Source of the DNA: Chthonomonadales bacterium
GTDB taxonomy: Bacteria; Armatimonadota; Chthonomonadetes; Chthonomonadales; CAJBBX01
NCBI GenBank assembly: GCA_038229495.1
Contig: JBBROJ010000009.1
Span: 4,342 to 68,341 of the forward strand
Direction: 5' to 3'
Length of the DNA: 64,000 nucleotides
The notes beneath the pieces were generated by a model that saw nothing but the letters and a program-made list of their open reading frames with translations, was not told the origin of the DNA and did not search any database. Made by a program: the position numbers and the translations under genes. This document shows, one piece after another, positions 38,330 through 48,090 of this stretch (its first letter is position 1; each line of letters starts with the position of its first letter).

Positions 38330-39820
38330 TCACGGCGCGCCCACTGCCGCAAGAATGTCTCGCGCAACGAGGCGATCATCGAAAGAGAGCACGCTGTCCC
38401 CAACGATCTGGTAATCCTCGTGGCCCTTGCCCGCGATGAGCACGATGTCTCCATCGCGAGCCTCCCCGATTGCGAGCGAGATGGCGGCGCGGCGATCCGG
38501 CTCCACCAGCACCCGGGCCGTGGCGTTTTGCATGCCGGTCAGTATCTCATCGATGATGGACTGCGGCTCTTCGTGGCGCGGGTTGTCGGAGGTGACGACG
38601 GCAATTTCCGTTTGCGCGGCCGCCGTGCGGCCCATGATCGGCCTCTTGGTGCGGTCGCGGTTGCCGCCACAACCAAATACGAGAATGATTCGCGCAGGGT
38701 TCAGCCGCCGCGCCGACGACACGAGGTTCGCCAGCCCGTCCGGCGTGTGGGCATAGTCCACCACGACGTGGAATCCCCGTCCGGTCGGCACCGATTCAAA
38801 TCGTCCCGGCACCGCCTTTAGAGAAGACAAGCCCTCGGCGATTACGTCCGGTGCGATGCCAAAGCCAATTCCGATGCCGATTGCCGCGAGAGCGTTGTAC
38901 GCCTGGAAAGCTCCTCCCAGCACAAGCCGCGCATCGAACTTCCCGGTGGGCATGCGAGCCTGGAAACGGACTTCGCTTGGTCCTATCCGCACGTTTTCCG
39001 CGCGAATGTCGGCGGCGCTCTGAATCCCGTAGGTGAGCACGCGCCCGCTCGAAGCGTCGGCTAATCGCCGGCCGTATGTGTCATCCAGATTAATCGAGGC
39101 CGCAAATTGTTTAGGGGACGTTTTCGGGTACTCGGTAAAGAGACGCAGCTTTGACTCAAAGTACGATTCCATCGTCCCATGATAGTCGAGGTGGTCCTGC
39201 GTCAGGTTCGTAAAGGCCGCCGCGTCGAACTCACAGGCGTCGGTGCGATACTGGGCAAGCGCGTGCGACGACACCTCCATCACGACCGCATCCGCTCCCC
39301 TGTCGCGCATCTCCGCCAGAAGCTGCTGCAATTGGTCCGCTTCCGGGGTGGTGTGCTCCGACGGCAGCTTTTCGTCTCCAAGGTATGCGCCGAGCGTTCC
39401 GATGGTGCCGGCCCTCATTCCCGCAGCCTGCAAAATCACGGCTGTCATGAAGGTTGTGGTCGTCTTGCCGTTCGTACCGGTAACGCCGACCAGCTTCATG
39501 CTCGCGGAAGGATTGCCAAAGAGTCTCGATGCCATAATCGGCAGCGCCCTGCGCGTATCGGGCACAACGGCTGTGGGCACGGTGATTTCCGGCACGGTTA
39601 TCCCTGCCTCAAATCCGGCCTGCACCGCCAGTGCCGCCGCGCCGCGCGCAAGGGCATCGGCAGCGAACCGATGACCGTCCGACTTCTCGCCGACAAGGCA
39701 GACAAAGAGATCGCCGGGTTTCACCTCGCGCGAATCGTGCGAGATTCCCTTGATTTCGACGTCTAAGTTTTCGGAAGCGGACGGACCGGAAAGACCGACC
39801 GCAATTTCAGAAAGAAGCAT
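38330..39820 (-). CDS. murE: UDP-MurNAc-tripeptide synthetase (meso-DAP type)
   Basis: TGTNGKTTT, MEVSSH, DHLDYH, DYAHTPD, SDNPR DAP-specificity motif, AGKGHEDYQ. Confidence 0.97.
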   Translation of the reverse strand: MLLSEIAVGLSGPSASENLDVEIKGISHDSREVKPGDLFVCLVGEKSDGHRFAADALARGAAALAVQAGFEAGITVPEITVPTAVVPDTRRALPIMASRLFGNPSASMKLVGVTGTNGKTTTTFMTAVILQAAGMRAGTIGTLGAYLGDEKLPSEHTTPEADQLQQLLAEMRDRGADAVVMEVSSHALAQYRTDACEFDAAAFTNLTQDHLDYHGTMESYFESKLRLFTEYPKTSPKQFAASINLDDTYGRRLADASSGRVLTYGIQSAADIRAENVRIGPSEVRFQARMPTGKFDARLVLGGAFQAYNALAAIGIGIGFGIAPDVIAEGLSSLKAVPGRFESVPTGRGFHVVVDYAHTPDGLANLVSSARRLNPARIILVFGCGGNRDRTKRPIMGRTAAAQTEIAVVTSDNPRHEEPQSIIDEILTGMQNATARVLVEPDRRAAISLAIGEARDGDIVLIAGKGHEDYQIVGDSVLSFDDRLVARDILAAVGAP

Positions 39821-39837
39821 GAATGGACCTGTAAGAT

Positions 39838-39982
39838 ACCTCCCCCAACCACCTCCTTCGTAAGGAGGGGGCGATTCGCACCTCCCCAAACCCCCTTCTT
39901 CGTAACGAGGGGGTTACTGGGCGAAGCCTCGAACCTTCCCCTAAACTCCCCCTCCCGTCCCGGGAGGGGGCCGGGGGGTGGG
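39838..39982. repeat. Cluster of three REP-like palindromes
   Basis: CCTCCTTCGTAAGGAGG, CCCCTTCTTCGTAACGAGGGGG and ACTCCCCCTCCCGTCCCGGGAGGGGGCCGGGGGGTGGG. Confidence 0.85.
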
Positions 39983-40073
39983 TAGGCGGTGAGGAGATAC
40001 TTTTGCATATTATGGCACGTGATACGGCGGGCGGATTATTGGGCCGTGTCGGGACGGTCCGGGGAAGAATGAA

Positions 40074-40097
40074 GGCGGACACGAGGTCCGCCCTTAC
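40074..40097. repeat. GTAG/GTAA-type REP hairpin
   Basis: GGCGGACACGAGGTCCGCCCTTAC, matching 5404-5428. Confidence 0.7.
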
Positions 40098-40105
40098 ACG
40101 ATTGA

Positions 40106-41929
40106 TTACCGCAGGGCGGTCTTGATTTGCGAAAGTGACGCGGGGTCGTCGGGCGTCACTTTCCAATACCACATCAACTGCCGGCCGATGGACTTGAAGA
40201 CCGGCGCGGCTACCTGCGAGCCGAAGTGCTTTCCGCCTTTGGGGTTGTCCACCATGACGTAGATGACCGCGCGCGGATTTTTGGCCGGCAGAAAGCCGAC
40301 GAACGATGCGATGAACTGACCGGAATAACCCCGCACGCCGCGCTTCACCTTTTGGGCCGTGCCGGTTTTGCCCGCTACGGTGTATCCCGGCACGTTGGCG
40401 GCATTCTTGCCCGTGCCCGAGATGATGACCTGTTCCAGAAGCGAGGTAAGCGTTGCGGCAATCTCGGGCTTTAGGATCTGCCTGCCCGCGCGGACTGGAA
40501 GCTGCTTAATGGTCCTGCCGGCCGCGTCCTGATAGCTCATAACCAATCGCGGCGGGACCAACAGGCCCTTGTTCGCAATACAGCCATAGGCGGTCGCCAT
40601 AGCAAGCGGCGTAACCATTACCGACTGGCCGAACGCGACACGCGCCACCTTATAGGTATCGCCCCGCTGGCCGCCGGGAATCTGTCCCAGGGAGCCTCGC
40701 TGGTCCGCAGTGAGCTCCACGCCTGTCTTATCGAGCATACCGAAGTCGGCGAGATACTTTTGCATGCGGGCGAGACCGACTCTCATGCCAATCTGCGCGG
40801 TACAGACGTTGCACGATTCGGAGATTGTGGTTCGGATATTCGCGTCGCCATGACCGCCGCCGGCCTTGCCGTGCTCGGCATCGCTGATCGTCTTGTTGCC
40901 CAGGAGCAGCTTGCCGTCGCAGTGGAACGTGCTGGAGGTTGTGATTGCGCCTTCCTGAAGCGCCGCCGCCGCCGTCAATATCTTCATGGTCGAGCCAGGC
41001 TCGATCGGGGTCAGCGCGCGATTCATGGACGGCTCGTTCGGGCCGGCGATCTGCTCCCGGTGGGCCGGATCGAACGTCGGGCTGCTCACCATCGCCAGTA
41101 CGTCCCCGGTCTTCGGGTCGAGGACGATGGCCGCGGCGCTGTCGGGCAGGAACTCATTGCACGCCTTTTCCAGCGCGGATTCCGCGATGTGCTGAATCGT
41201 GGAGTCGAGCGTTACCCGCACGTCGCGTCCATCAGCGGCGTCCACTCGAACCTGCTGGGTGTCGGGAATGGGCCGCCGTCGCGGATCCACTTCCGTCTTT
41301 ACATATCCGTCGGCGCCCTCCAGCAAGCGATCGCAGGTCTGCTCCAGCCCCATCCCGCCGCGCATCCTATCGCCGGTAGAACTGGTCAGCAGCCCGACGA
41401 CGTGCACAGCTTCGCTGCCGGTGGGATAGCTGCGCTCCGGCTTCTCCAGCATATTTATGCCTTCGAGAAGCTTCGCTTCGCCCCTGCGCCCTTTCGCTTC
41501 CCTGACTGCCCGCATCTGGTCCGGGTCGAGCCGTTCCCGCACGACAACGTTGCGCGAGGGCTTGCCGTTCGGTCGCATCTGCGGCGATACAAGCGGGACA
41601 ATCTCATCGGGCCGAACATTGAGCAGGCTCGCCAACAGCGTCCCGGTCTTCGCCGGGTCCTTGATCATCGTTGGATCACAGACTAGTACTCCCACGTGAG
41701 TGGTTACCGCAAGCGGCTTGCCATCGCGGGCAAGAATGTCGCCGCGCTGGGCGCGAAGCGGAATCTTTTCCTCGCGAATCGCCTCGGCCTTCGCGCGGAA
41801 ATAGCCGCCGTGAATCGCCTGAAGGTACACCAGGCGGGCTATGAGAACGAGGTAGCACGCGGCGACCAGTAGAAAGAACCGCTCAATTCGATGCTTGATC
41901 TGATCCTGCTGCCTGAAAGGAATCGCCAT
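40106..41929 (-). CDS. ftsI: Class B penicillin-binding protein (FtsI/SpoVD-like)
   Basis: RGDILARDG, EPGSTMK (SxxK), SCN (SxN), AGKTGTAQK. Confidence 0.95.
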   Translation of the reverse strand: MAIPFRQQDQIKHRIERFFLLVAACYLVLIARLVYLQAIHGGYFRAKAEAIREEKIPLRAQRGDILARDGKPLAVTTHVGVLVCDPTMIKDPAKTGTLLASLLNVRPDEIVPLVSPQMRPNGKPSRNVVVRERLDPDQMRAVREAKGRRGEAKLLEGINMLEKPERSYPTGSEAVHVVGLLTSSTGDRMRGGMGLEQTCDRLLEGADGYVKTEVDPRRRPIPDTQQVRVDAADGRDVRVTLDSTIQHIAESALEKACNEFLPDSAAAIVLDPKTGDVLAMVSSPTFDPAHREQIAGPNEPSMNRALTPIEPGSTMKILTAAAALQEGAITTSSTFHCDGKLLLGNKTISDAEHGKAGGGHGDANIRTTISESCNVCTAQIGMRVGLARMQKYLADFGMLDKTGVELTADQRGSLGQIPGGQRGDTYKVARVAFGQSVMVTPLAMATAYGCIANKGLLVPPRLVMSYQDAAGRTIKQLPVRAGRQILKPEIAATLTSLLEQVIISGTGKNAANVPGYTVAGKTGTAQKVKRGVRGYSGQFIASFVGFLPAKNPRAVIYVMVDNPKGGKHFGSQVAAPVFKSIGRQLMWYWKVTPDDPASLSQIKTALR

Positions 41930-41933
41930 GATA

Positions 41934-42431
41934 CTACCGTCCTTCTTGCGGGCTGCCGGCTAAAGTATGTGTAGCCGGCAGCGCCGCTAAACGCACGCTG
42001 GAAGCCATCGATGAAGCCGTCGATGAAGCCGTCGATGAAAGGACCATAGGCTCCGAGGCAGGCATAACGAAGCCGCGCGTATCCGCCCATCGCGCGATGG
42101 TGTCTTTCCTGCCCTGCTCGTTTCTACTGGCCTGAAGGAGATTCAGCTCCGCTCGCAGATTGCGCTCCTCCACCTGAAGCTTTACTCGCTGATATCCCGC
42201 GCTGGTCATTTGGGCATGACCGGAAAGATACGAGACAAGCGTTGTCGTGAGCAGAGTGGCGGCCAGCATGGGCCGAAGGAGCGGCGCCACCGACATCCGC
42301 GCGCCGGGTCGTGCCGGTCGTCGGAGTGGCGTCGCTATGGGGGTTGGCTTTCTTACCGTTCGATTCGGCCTCGAAACAGGTCGCGCCGTCACGGCTGTCG
42401 CGGCCAAAAACGATCTCTGGGCTATTGCCAC
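41934..42431 (-). CDS. ftsL: Putative cell division protein FtsL
   Basis: Lies between rsmH and ftsI. Single TM followed by a leucine-zipper-like segment. A 12-bp repeat occurs three times at 42001-42036. Confidence 0.7.
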   Translation of the reverse strand: MAIAQRSFLAATAVTARPVSRPNRTVRKPTPIATPLRRPARPGARMSVAPLLRPMLAATLLTTTLVSYLSGHAQMTSAGYQRVKLQVEERNLRAELNLLQASRNEQGRKDTIARWADTRGFVMPASEPMVLSSTASSTASSMASSVRLAALPATHTLAGSPQEGR

Positions 42432-42454
42432 CCTCTAATCCTCCTGCCTTTCAT

Positions 42455-42558
42455 TAGAATGTAGAATTCGTAAGTCGGAAGTCGGAAATTGGAAGTCGGA
42501 ATTCGGAAGTCGGAAGACAATAGGCCGACGACCCGACGACCCGACGACCCAGCGACCC
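42455..42558. repeat. Heptamer (AAGTCGG) and octamer (CCGACGAC) tandem repeats
   Basis: AAGTCGGAAGTCGGAAATTGGAAGTCGGAATTCGGAAGTCGG, then CCGACGACCCGACGACCCGACGACCC. Confidence 0.75.
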
Positions 42559-43505
42559 TACAGCTTTTCCGCGACCCGGAGCTTTGCGCTTCGGGCGCGC
42601 GCGTTTCCGGCTATCTCTTCTTGCGAGGGAGAGACCGGCTTGCGCGTCACAATCTTGATTACCTCTTTCGCGCCGCACTGGCACATCGGCAGGCCGGGCG
42701 GGCACTGACAGCGCCCGGCAAGCCTCGCGAACGCCTGCTTTACAATTCTATCTTCAAGGCTATGGTACGAAATCACCGCCATGCGCCCGCCCGGCGCAAG
42801 CCGCGCCACGCCTGCATCCAGCGCGTCGCGGAGCGCGCCAAGCTCGTCGTTCACAGCGATTCGAAGCGCTTGAAAAGTACGTGTCGCCGGATGAGTATCC
42901 GGCGGCTGGGCTCCCTTTGGAATCGCGGCGGACACGACATCGGCAAGCTGCTTCGTCGTAAGAATCGGCTCCTTCGCCAGGCGTTCGACGATGAATTTAG
43001 CGATGCGTGCGGCCCAGCGCTCTTCGCCATACTCCCATAGCAGCCGGGCTATCTCTTTTTCTTCCAGGCGGGCAAGCAGTTCCACGGCGGTCTCGCCCGA
43101 TTCAGGATCCATCCTCATATCAACCGGAGCGTCGGCGCGGAAGGAAAAACCCCGATCTCCCGCATCCAGTTGATGTGACGAGACCCCCAGATCGAGCAGA
43201 ATCCCATCTACCATAGGAATTTCCCGCTCGTCCAGCAAGTCTGATAACTTGCGAAAGTTACCGCGAATTGGTATAATCGTGAGGGAGAGAGCGGCAAGAC
43301 GGCTATGCGCCTCTTCCAATGCAGCCAGTGCAGCAGGGTCCCGGTCGATAACAATCAGCCGGCCCGTCGGCTGGAGTTCCTCGCCCAGGCGGAACGCATG
43401 GCCGCCGCCGCCGAATGTACCGTCGATCATTGTCTGGCCCGGTCTCGGGGCCAGTAATTCTAATATCTCGACTGCAAGGACCGGTACGTGGTAAGGCCGG
43501 TTCAA
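42558..43505 (-). CDS. rsmH: 16S rRNA m4C1402 methyltransferase
   Basis: HVPVL, DGTFGGGGH, DLGVSSHQLD, HPATRTFQALRIAVNDEL, SYHSLEDRIVK, RARSAKLR. Confidence 0.98.
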   Translation of the reverse strand: MNRPYHVPVLAVEILELLAPRPGQTMIDGTFGGGGHAFRLGEELQPTGRLIVIDRDPAALAALEEAHSRLAALSLTIIPIRGNFRKLSDLLDEREIPMVDGILLDLGVSSHQLDAGDRGFSFRADAPVDMRMDPESGETAVELLARLEEKEIARLLWEYGEERWAARIAKFIVERLAKEPILTTKQLADVVSAAIPKGAQPPDTHPATRTFQALRIAVNDELGALRDALDAGVARLAPGGRMAVISYHSLEDRIVKQAFARLAGRCQCPPGLPMCQCGAKEVIKIVTRKPVSPSQEEIAGNARARSAKLRVAEKL

Positions 43506-44002
43506 CGGCCGCCCGACTCTACTGGAACGGATCCGGCAGCGCGCAGGCTCGCCAGCTCTTCGGTCGCGTTGTAGACCGCGTCCAAATTGAAGAGGGAGCG
43601 GTTATATCCGTCCCAATTTTCCTTGCTCCAGACTTCGACCCTGTCGCCGATTCCGATGAATACCACCTTGTGATCCTCATCGATGCCAGCGTAGTCTCGT
43701 AAGTGCTTGGGCACGGTCAGCCGGAACTGCCCGTCGATCTTTACATACGCCCTGCCTCCGTGCTGCCGCTGTAGAATCGCGGCCTGCCGGCTGTTGGGCG
43801 CTCCGGGCCGGATCTGTTGGTAGATCAACTCCCACTGCGTTTTAGGGAGCAGCCATACCGCGCGGTCGGGACCGCGCGTAACAACGAACTCATCTTTAAG
43901 TGGGCCTCGCAAGTCCTGAGGGAGAACCAATCGACCTTTATCATCGATGCTCTGCTCAAACTCGCCCCATAGTTCCAGTTCAATATCGGCAGAATTGGGC
44001 AT
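43502..44002 (-). CDS. mraZ: Division/cell-wall cluster transcriptional regulator MraZ
   Basis: GEFEQSIDDKGRLVLP, IDGQFRLTVP..LRDYAGI, GIGDRVEVWS. First gene of the dcw cluster. Confidence 0.95.
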   Translation of the reverse strand: MPNSADIELELWGEFEQSIDDKGRLVLPQDLRGPLKDEFVVTRGPDRAVWLLPKTQWELIYQQIRPGAPNSRQAAILQRQHGGRAYVKIDGQFRLTVPKHLRDYAGIDEDHKVVFIGIGDRVEVWSKENWDGYNRSLFNLDAVYNATEELASLRAAGSVPVESGGR

Positions 44003-44026
44003 AATTACTCAGATTTGGGACCAGTA

Positions 44027-44063
44027 TCCACCTAGCAACCACTTCATATCCACCAGCATCCAC
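44027..44063 (-). promoter_or_regulatory. MraZ-binding repeats
   Basis: Four GTGG(A/T) pentamers on the minus strand at 44059, 44049, 44038 and 44027 (10-11 bp period), between the promoter and mraZ. This matches known MraZ operators. Confidence 0.8.
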
Positions 44064-44073
44064 GAACAGCCCT

Positions 44074-44102
44074 ATTCTAGCGGTATGCAGATTGTTTGTC
44101 AA
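44074..44102 (-). promoter_or_regulatory. sigma70 promoter of the dcw operon
   Basis: TTGACA (44102-44097), 17-bp spacer, TAGAAT (44079-44074). Confidence 0.85.
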
Positions 44103-44152
44103 CGGCTTTCCGCCATCCCCGACATCTTTTTTTCAACTATTTTTTGCGTAAG

Positions 44153-44201
44153 TTCACAATATCTAGGGGGAGTATTAGCTTGTCTACTACAATATGTAGA
44201 C
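44153..44201. promoter_or_regulatory. Tandem NrdR-box-like palindromes
   Basis: CACAATATCTAG (44155-44166) and TACAATATGTAG (44188-44199), 33 bp apart. Confidence 0.5.
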
Positions 44202-44254
44202 TGTTGTGTGGCAAGCAGTCTGAACCTTAACATTCTCCGTCAAGCAAACACAGC

Positions 44255-44301
44255 AAAAATCGCCCTCCGGCGGATTTCTGCTCCCGCCGGAGGGCGTTTT
44301 T
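44255..44301. terminator. Bidirectional intrinsic terminator after vanW
   Basis: AAAAA-T-CGCCCTCCGGCGG...CCGCCGGAGGGCG-TTTTT. Confidence 0.85.
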
Positions 44302-44343
44302 GGCTGTGATGGATTGCAATTGATGAGGCCGTCTGGCCGGCTG

Positions 44344-45807
44344 TTATCTTGGGATTGGAGGCGCACCGCCAGCCGGAGATTCGGCCTTCAAGCTCAGTGC
44401 GGTGGCGTCACTTTGCCGCGCGCTCGCTGCGGACTTCGGCCTGAAGGCTACCGCTCCCGCGCCGGCACGAACGATTCGCGGGAAAGATTGGTAGTAGTCT
44501 CGCGATATCTTCTCCCGCTTCACCTGCCGACCGTTCACAAGCACCGTGCGCCATACGGTTACCCGGTGTCCGGCGTGGCCCCTGTCGTTCTTCTCCGTGC
44601 GGCGCGCGCCCGCGGGCAGGCTGCTGTCGCGAACCACCTGGACGTCCGGCCCCCAGCTCGATACGTTGGTCCGCTCGATTTTTACTTCGCGGCCCGGAGC
44701 CTTCTTGCCGAAAATTCGCATTAAAACACGCCCCCCGGTTCCGTCCGATGCGATTGCGATAGGTGAATCCGTGCTGTTCTGGAAGCGGAAATCCTTATCG
44801 CCGTATGCAACCGTCGCATCCCGGCCCGCCGGCAGATAGTGCACGGGGAATGCGTGGTGGCTCCGCTCGACGATCTTCAGGTCGGACATCAGGACTGCGT
44901 TGTAGAGAGTGCTGGAAGTCTGGCAGACCCCGCCGCCCATTCCCGGCTCCAGGCGGCCATTCACGATGACGGGGGCCATCTTGAATCCGTTCTCGCCCTC
45001 GCGAGGGCCCACGACTTTGTTATAAGAGAATACATCGCCCGGCTTGAGCACCGTCCCGTTGATATGCGCGCAGGCTGTCACGATATTCTTGCAGCGATTG
45101 CCGGTCTCGCCGTAGTGAGTGGAGTACCGCGATACCTCGCCCTCAATACCGTTCAGATCTGCTGTGGTTACGCGCGCCGGGGCGATCTTGACGGCAAGCT
45201 CAACAGGTTGGGAGGCTTCCGCGGCGAGGCGCGCCTTAACTGCGCTGACGGAGCCGTCCACGTCGAGCGCCGTTCCCGGCAGTTCCCTAGCGATTTGGAA
45301 GCCGTCGTTTGTCGACAGGAAGCGCGCGTCCCGGGGGGTATGCTGCACCCTGGGCGCAATCTTCTTCGCGAGGAACAGGCGGAGCTTTTCGGAATCGAGC
45401 TTCCATTGCGGCATCAGCTCAACAGGCTTCGGCTTGTTGAAGTAGCCGGACACGCGCGTGAAAAAGCCCGTGCTCCTGCCCACGTGCTCGGCTTCGGCCA
45501 CAGTGGCTTCGGCGTCTACCGACGCGCCAAGCTCGGCGCGCGTCAGCGTCCATTTCTTCTTCACGCCGGTGGAGGCGGGTAGAGCAAGCGTTACTTGTTC
45601 CGCCAGCTTCGCCTTGCTCCATCCTTCCAGCTCGGCTCGCGCGGTCTCCACCGTCTTGCCGCTCCAATCCATGCCGGCGACATGCACGCCCTCCGACATG
45701 AATCCATCCGGCACGCCCGCGCCCGCCTTGAAGGCCGCCGCTCCCACGCCCGCGACAAGTCCCACGCTCACCACCGCGATTTTCGCAGCCTTACTATTTG
45801 TTGACAA
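44344..45807 (-). CDS. VanW family protein with PG-binding and G5-like regions (YoaR-like)
   Basis: INGTVLKPGDVFSYNKVVG, GGGVCQTSSTLYNAVL, GRDATVAYG. Confidence 0.93.
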   Translation of the reverse strand: MSTNSKAAKIAVVSVGLVAGVGAAAFKAGAGVPDGFMSEGVHVAGMDWSGKTVETARAELEGWSKAKLAEQVTLALPASTGVKKKWTLTRAELGASVDAEATVAEAEHVGRSTGFFTRVSGYFNKPKPVELMPQWKLDSEKLRLFLAKKIAPRVQHTPRDARFLSTNDGFQIARELPGTALDVDGSVSAVKARLAAEASQPVELAVKIAPARVTTADLNGIEGEVSRYSTHYGETGNRCKNIVTACAHINGTVLKPGDVFSYNKVVGPREGENGFKMAPVIVNGRLEPGMGGGVCQTSSTLYNAVLMSDLKIVERSHHAFPVHYLPAGRDATVAYGDKDFRFQNSTDSPIAIASDGTGGRVLMRIFGKKAPGREVKIERTNVSSWGPDVQVVRDSSLPAGARRTEKNDRGHAGHRVTVWRTVLVNGRQVKREKISRDYYQSFPRIVRAGAGAVAFRPKSAASARQSDATALSLKAESPAGGAPPIPR

Positions 45808-45855
45808 CTGTTGCTACAAACCTTTACTGATATTGTGATCGACGGAAGTGATTTC

Positions 45856-45929
45856 GTAGGGGCGCATAAGTCGCCAACGAAGGTTCGTGCTGATGTTATC
45901 GCTTATCGCGGCGACTTGTTCGCCCCTAC
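45856..45929. repeat. GTAG-bounded REP doublet
   Basis: GTAGGGGCG.ATAAGTCGCC...GGCGACTTGTTCGCCCCTAC. Confidence 0.75.
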
Positions 45930-46645
45930 TTTATCTTGCTTCCCTGCTCCTCTTTTTCGGCATGTTTCTCGAGATGCTGCTCCAGCTTCTCGATGTGCTG
46001 CTCCATGAACTCGACCCGCTGCCGCAGCTCGCGAATCACTTCGTCCTGCGGATCGACTCTGTTGATAATATTGTCCATCACCGCTGCGTCATCTTCTTCA
46101 TCTTCAATCCGGAAGCCATCTCGGAGAATGATACGCCCCGGCACGCCTACCACCGTGCAGTTGGCGGGAATGTTCTTGTTCACGACCGCATTTGCGCCGA
46201 TCTTACAATGATCCCCCACCGTAACAGCGCCGATAATCTTCGCGCCCATTCCAATAAGTACATTATTGCCAATTGTGGGGTGTCGCTTTACCTTTGCTAA
46301 ACTTGTGCCGCCCAGAGTCACCTGATGATACATTAATACGTCATCGCCGATCTCGGCAGTTTCGCCAATGACGACGCCCATTCCGTGGTCGATGAAGAAT
46401 CTGCGTCCGATAACAGCGCCGGGGTGAATCTCAATTCCGGTCAGGAGGCGTGAAAACTGCGAGAGCAGGCGCGCGCTGAATTTCCAGAGACCGCGAGGTG
46501 GAATCCGCGTCGTCCATATCTTGTGCGACAATCGATGCACCACGAGCGCGTGAAGCCCCGAATAGGTCAGGACTTCCCAAAAACTGCGAGCGGCCGGGTC
46601 GCGCCGAAAAATTGTTTGAACGTCTTCACGTACGCGAGCGAACAA
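45926..46645 (-). CDS. cysE: Serine O-acetyltransferase
   Basis: [48 protein letters not shown]. Confidence 0.96.
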   Translation of the reverse strand: MFARVREDVQTIFRRDPAARSFWEVLTYSGLHALVVHRLSHKIWTTRIPPRGLWKFSARLLSQFSRLLTGIEIHPGAVIGRRFFIDHGMGVVIGETAEIGDDVLMYHQVTLGGTSLAKVKRHPTIGNNVLIGMGAKIIGAVTVGDHCKIGANAVVNKNIPANCTVVGVPGRIILRDGFRIEDEEDDAAVMDNIINRVDPQDEVIRELRQRVEFMEQHIEKLEQHLEKHAEKEEQGSKIK

Positions 46646-46798
46646 GCCTACACTCCATAGCCGTTATTGAACCTTCGTTACCGGTACGTCTCTACGACTC
46701 TTTTCCACGCCGGAGCCGCATACTGGGGCTGGCAAACCGTAGAATAAAGTGTAGCATAAGGCCGATCAAATCGCAAGAGAGGCGCGGCCCCTGCGCCA

Positions 46799-47569
46799 CT
46801 ACTCCCCCTCCCGATTCGGGAGGGGGCCGGAGGGTGGGTACGATTCCGGCCGCAGATTCGCCGCCGTGCGAGCCTCGACACCCGGATCGATGGGCGGCGG
46901 AGAGATATAGAGCGGGGCGAGAGAAAGCGGGTCATCCAGCAACCCGGCTGCAAACCGCCGGGCCCCAATAGCCGCTACAATGCCGGCGCGTGGAGACTCC
47001 GCGCCGCCGAATACGGGCGTGATTCTCGCGTCGAGAAGCGCAGATTCGATTTCCTCGCGATTCCGCGCTATGCCGTCGCCCAGAAAAAGAAGGTTGGGTT
47101 CCAGCAGCGAGGCCGAAAGCGATGCCAGCTTCACCACTGTCATCATCTCGGGCGGGTTTAGCGGAATCATGTCCTCTCGCTCTGGGCGAAATGCGCAGGC
47201 ATAGACCGCGCCAGGGCGGGCGCGAACTACGGAAACGGTTATGCCCGGCCAGATTCCGGCGGTCTCTTCCGCGAGGGCTTCCAGGGCGTTGACGCCGATT
47301 ACCGGCTTGCCGGTCACGTCTGCCCACGTTTTGACCGTCATTACGCCAAGGCGCACGCCTGTAAACGAGCCTGGCCCGATGTCCACCGCGAGGCAGTCGA
47401 GTTCCGCAAGCGTGACGCCCGCGTCTTTCAGCAGCGCGTCCACGTCGCCGATCAGCCGTTCGGAAAGGTGCATGCGGTGGCGAAAGGCGCGCTCCACAAG
47501 CAGGCCCTGCGAATTGCTCACCGCGATGCTGCACAGGTCGCCGCTCGTCTCCAGAGCAAGAATCAACAC
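46799..47569 (-). CDS. tsaB: tRNA threonylcarbamoyladenosine biosynthesis protein TsaB
   Basis: [21 protein letters not shown]. Follows tsaE. Confidence 0.95.
   Translation of the reverse strand: MLILALETSGDLCSIAVSNSQGLLVERAFRHRMHLSERLIGDVDALLKDAGVTLAELDCLAVDIGPGSFTGVRLGVMTVKTWADVTGKPVIGVNALEALAEETAGIWPGITVSVVRARPGAVYACAFRPEREDMIPLNPPEMMTVVKLASLSASLLEPNLLFLGDGIARNREEIESALLDARITPVFGGAESPRAGIVAAIGARRFAAGLLDDPLSLAPLYISPPPIDPGVEARTAANLRPESYPPSGPLPNREGE
46801..46838. repeat. REP-like palindrome overlapping the tsaB 3' end
   Basis: ACTCCCCCTCCCGATTCGGGAGGGGGCCGGAGGGTGGG, closely matching 39945-39982. Confidence 0.8.
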
Positions 47570-48060
47570 GGGCCTGCCTCAATCTCGACTGCTGCCACCA
47601 ACGCCTCGTAGCGGCCGCCTATCCCGACCAGCGTGATTCGCCGCTCGTCCTCGCCTTTCGATTCGATTCTGACCTCCAATCGCTCGTTGGGTACGAAATT
47701 CTCCAGCCGGTCGGGCCATTCGACCACCGCCACTCCACCCCGCTCCAGATAATCGAAGAAGCCCAGGTCGAACACCTCGTCATGCCCGGCCAGTCGGTAA
47801 AGGTCAAAATGATAGAGAGGGAGCCGCCCGCCGGCATACTCTTGAATCAGCGTGAAAGTGGGACTCGTCACGCGCGCATTCACACCCAGCCCATCTCCAA
47901 ATCCCTGCGTGAAGGTCGTCTTTCCCGCGCCCAGGTCACCGTACAACAGAATCAGATCGCCCGGCAGCAGAAGCGCAGCGAGTCGGCACGCGGCGGCCTG
48001 CGTCTCCTCGGCGCTCAGAGTGACCATATGGAATTCTCGTGGGTTTTGTTCCGTCGTCAT
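47563..48060 (-). CDS. tsaE: t6A biosynthesis ATPase TsaE
   Basis: [28 protein letters not shown]. Confidence 0.97.
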   Translation of the reverse strand: MTTEQNPREFHMVTLSAEETQAAACRLAALLLPGDLILLYGDLGAGKTTFTQGFGDGLGVNARVTSPTFTLIQEYAGGRLPLYHFDLYRLAGHDEVFDLGFFDYLERGGVAVVEWPDRLENFVPNERLEVRIESKGEDERRITLVGIGGRYEALVAAVEIEAGPC

Positions 48061-48090
48061 AGAAAAATAATGGAGAAACGCTGGGGGCAA

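Noticed and set aside
42001-42036. 12-bp tandem repeat in ftsL as a phase-variation tract
   Set aside because: The unit is a multiple of three and lies in a low-complexity C-terminal tail, so it cannot shift the frame.
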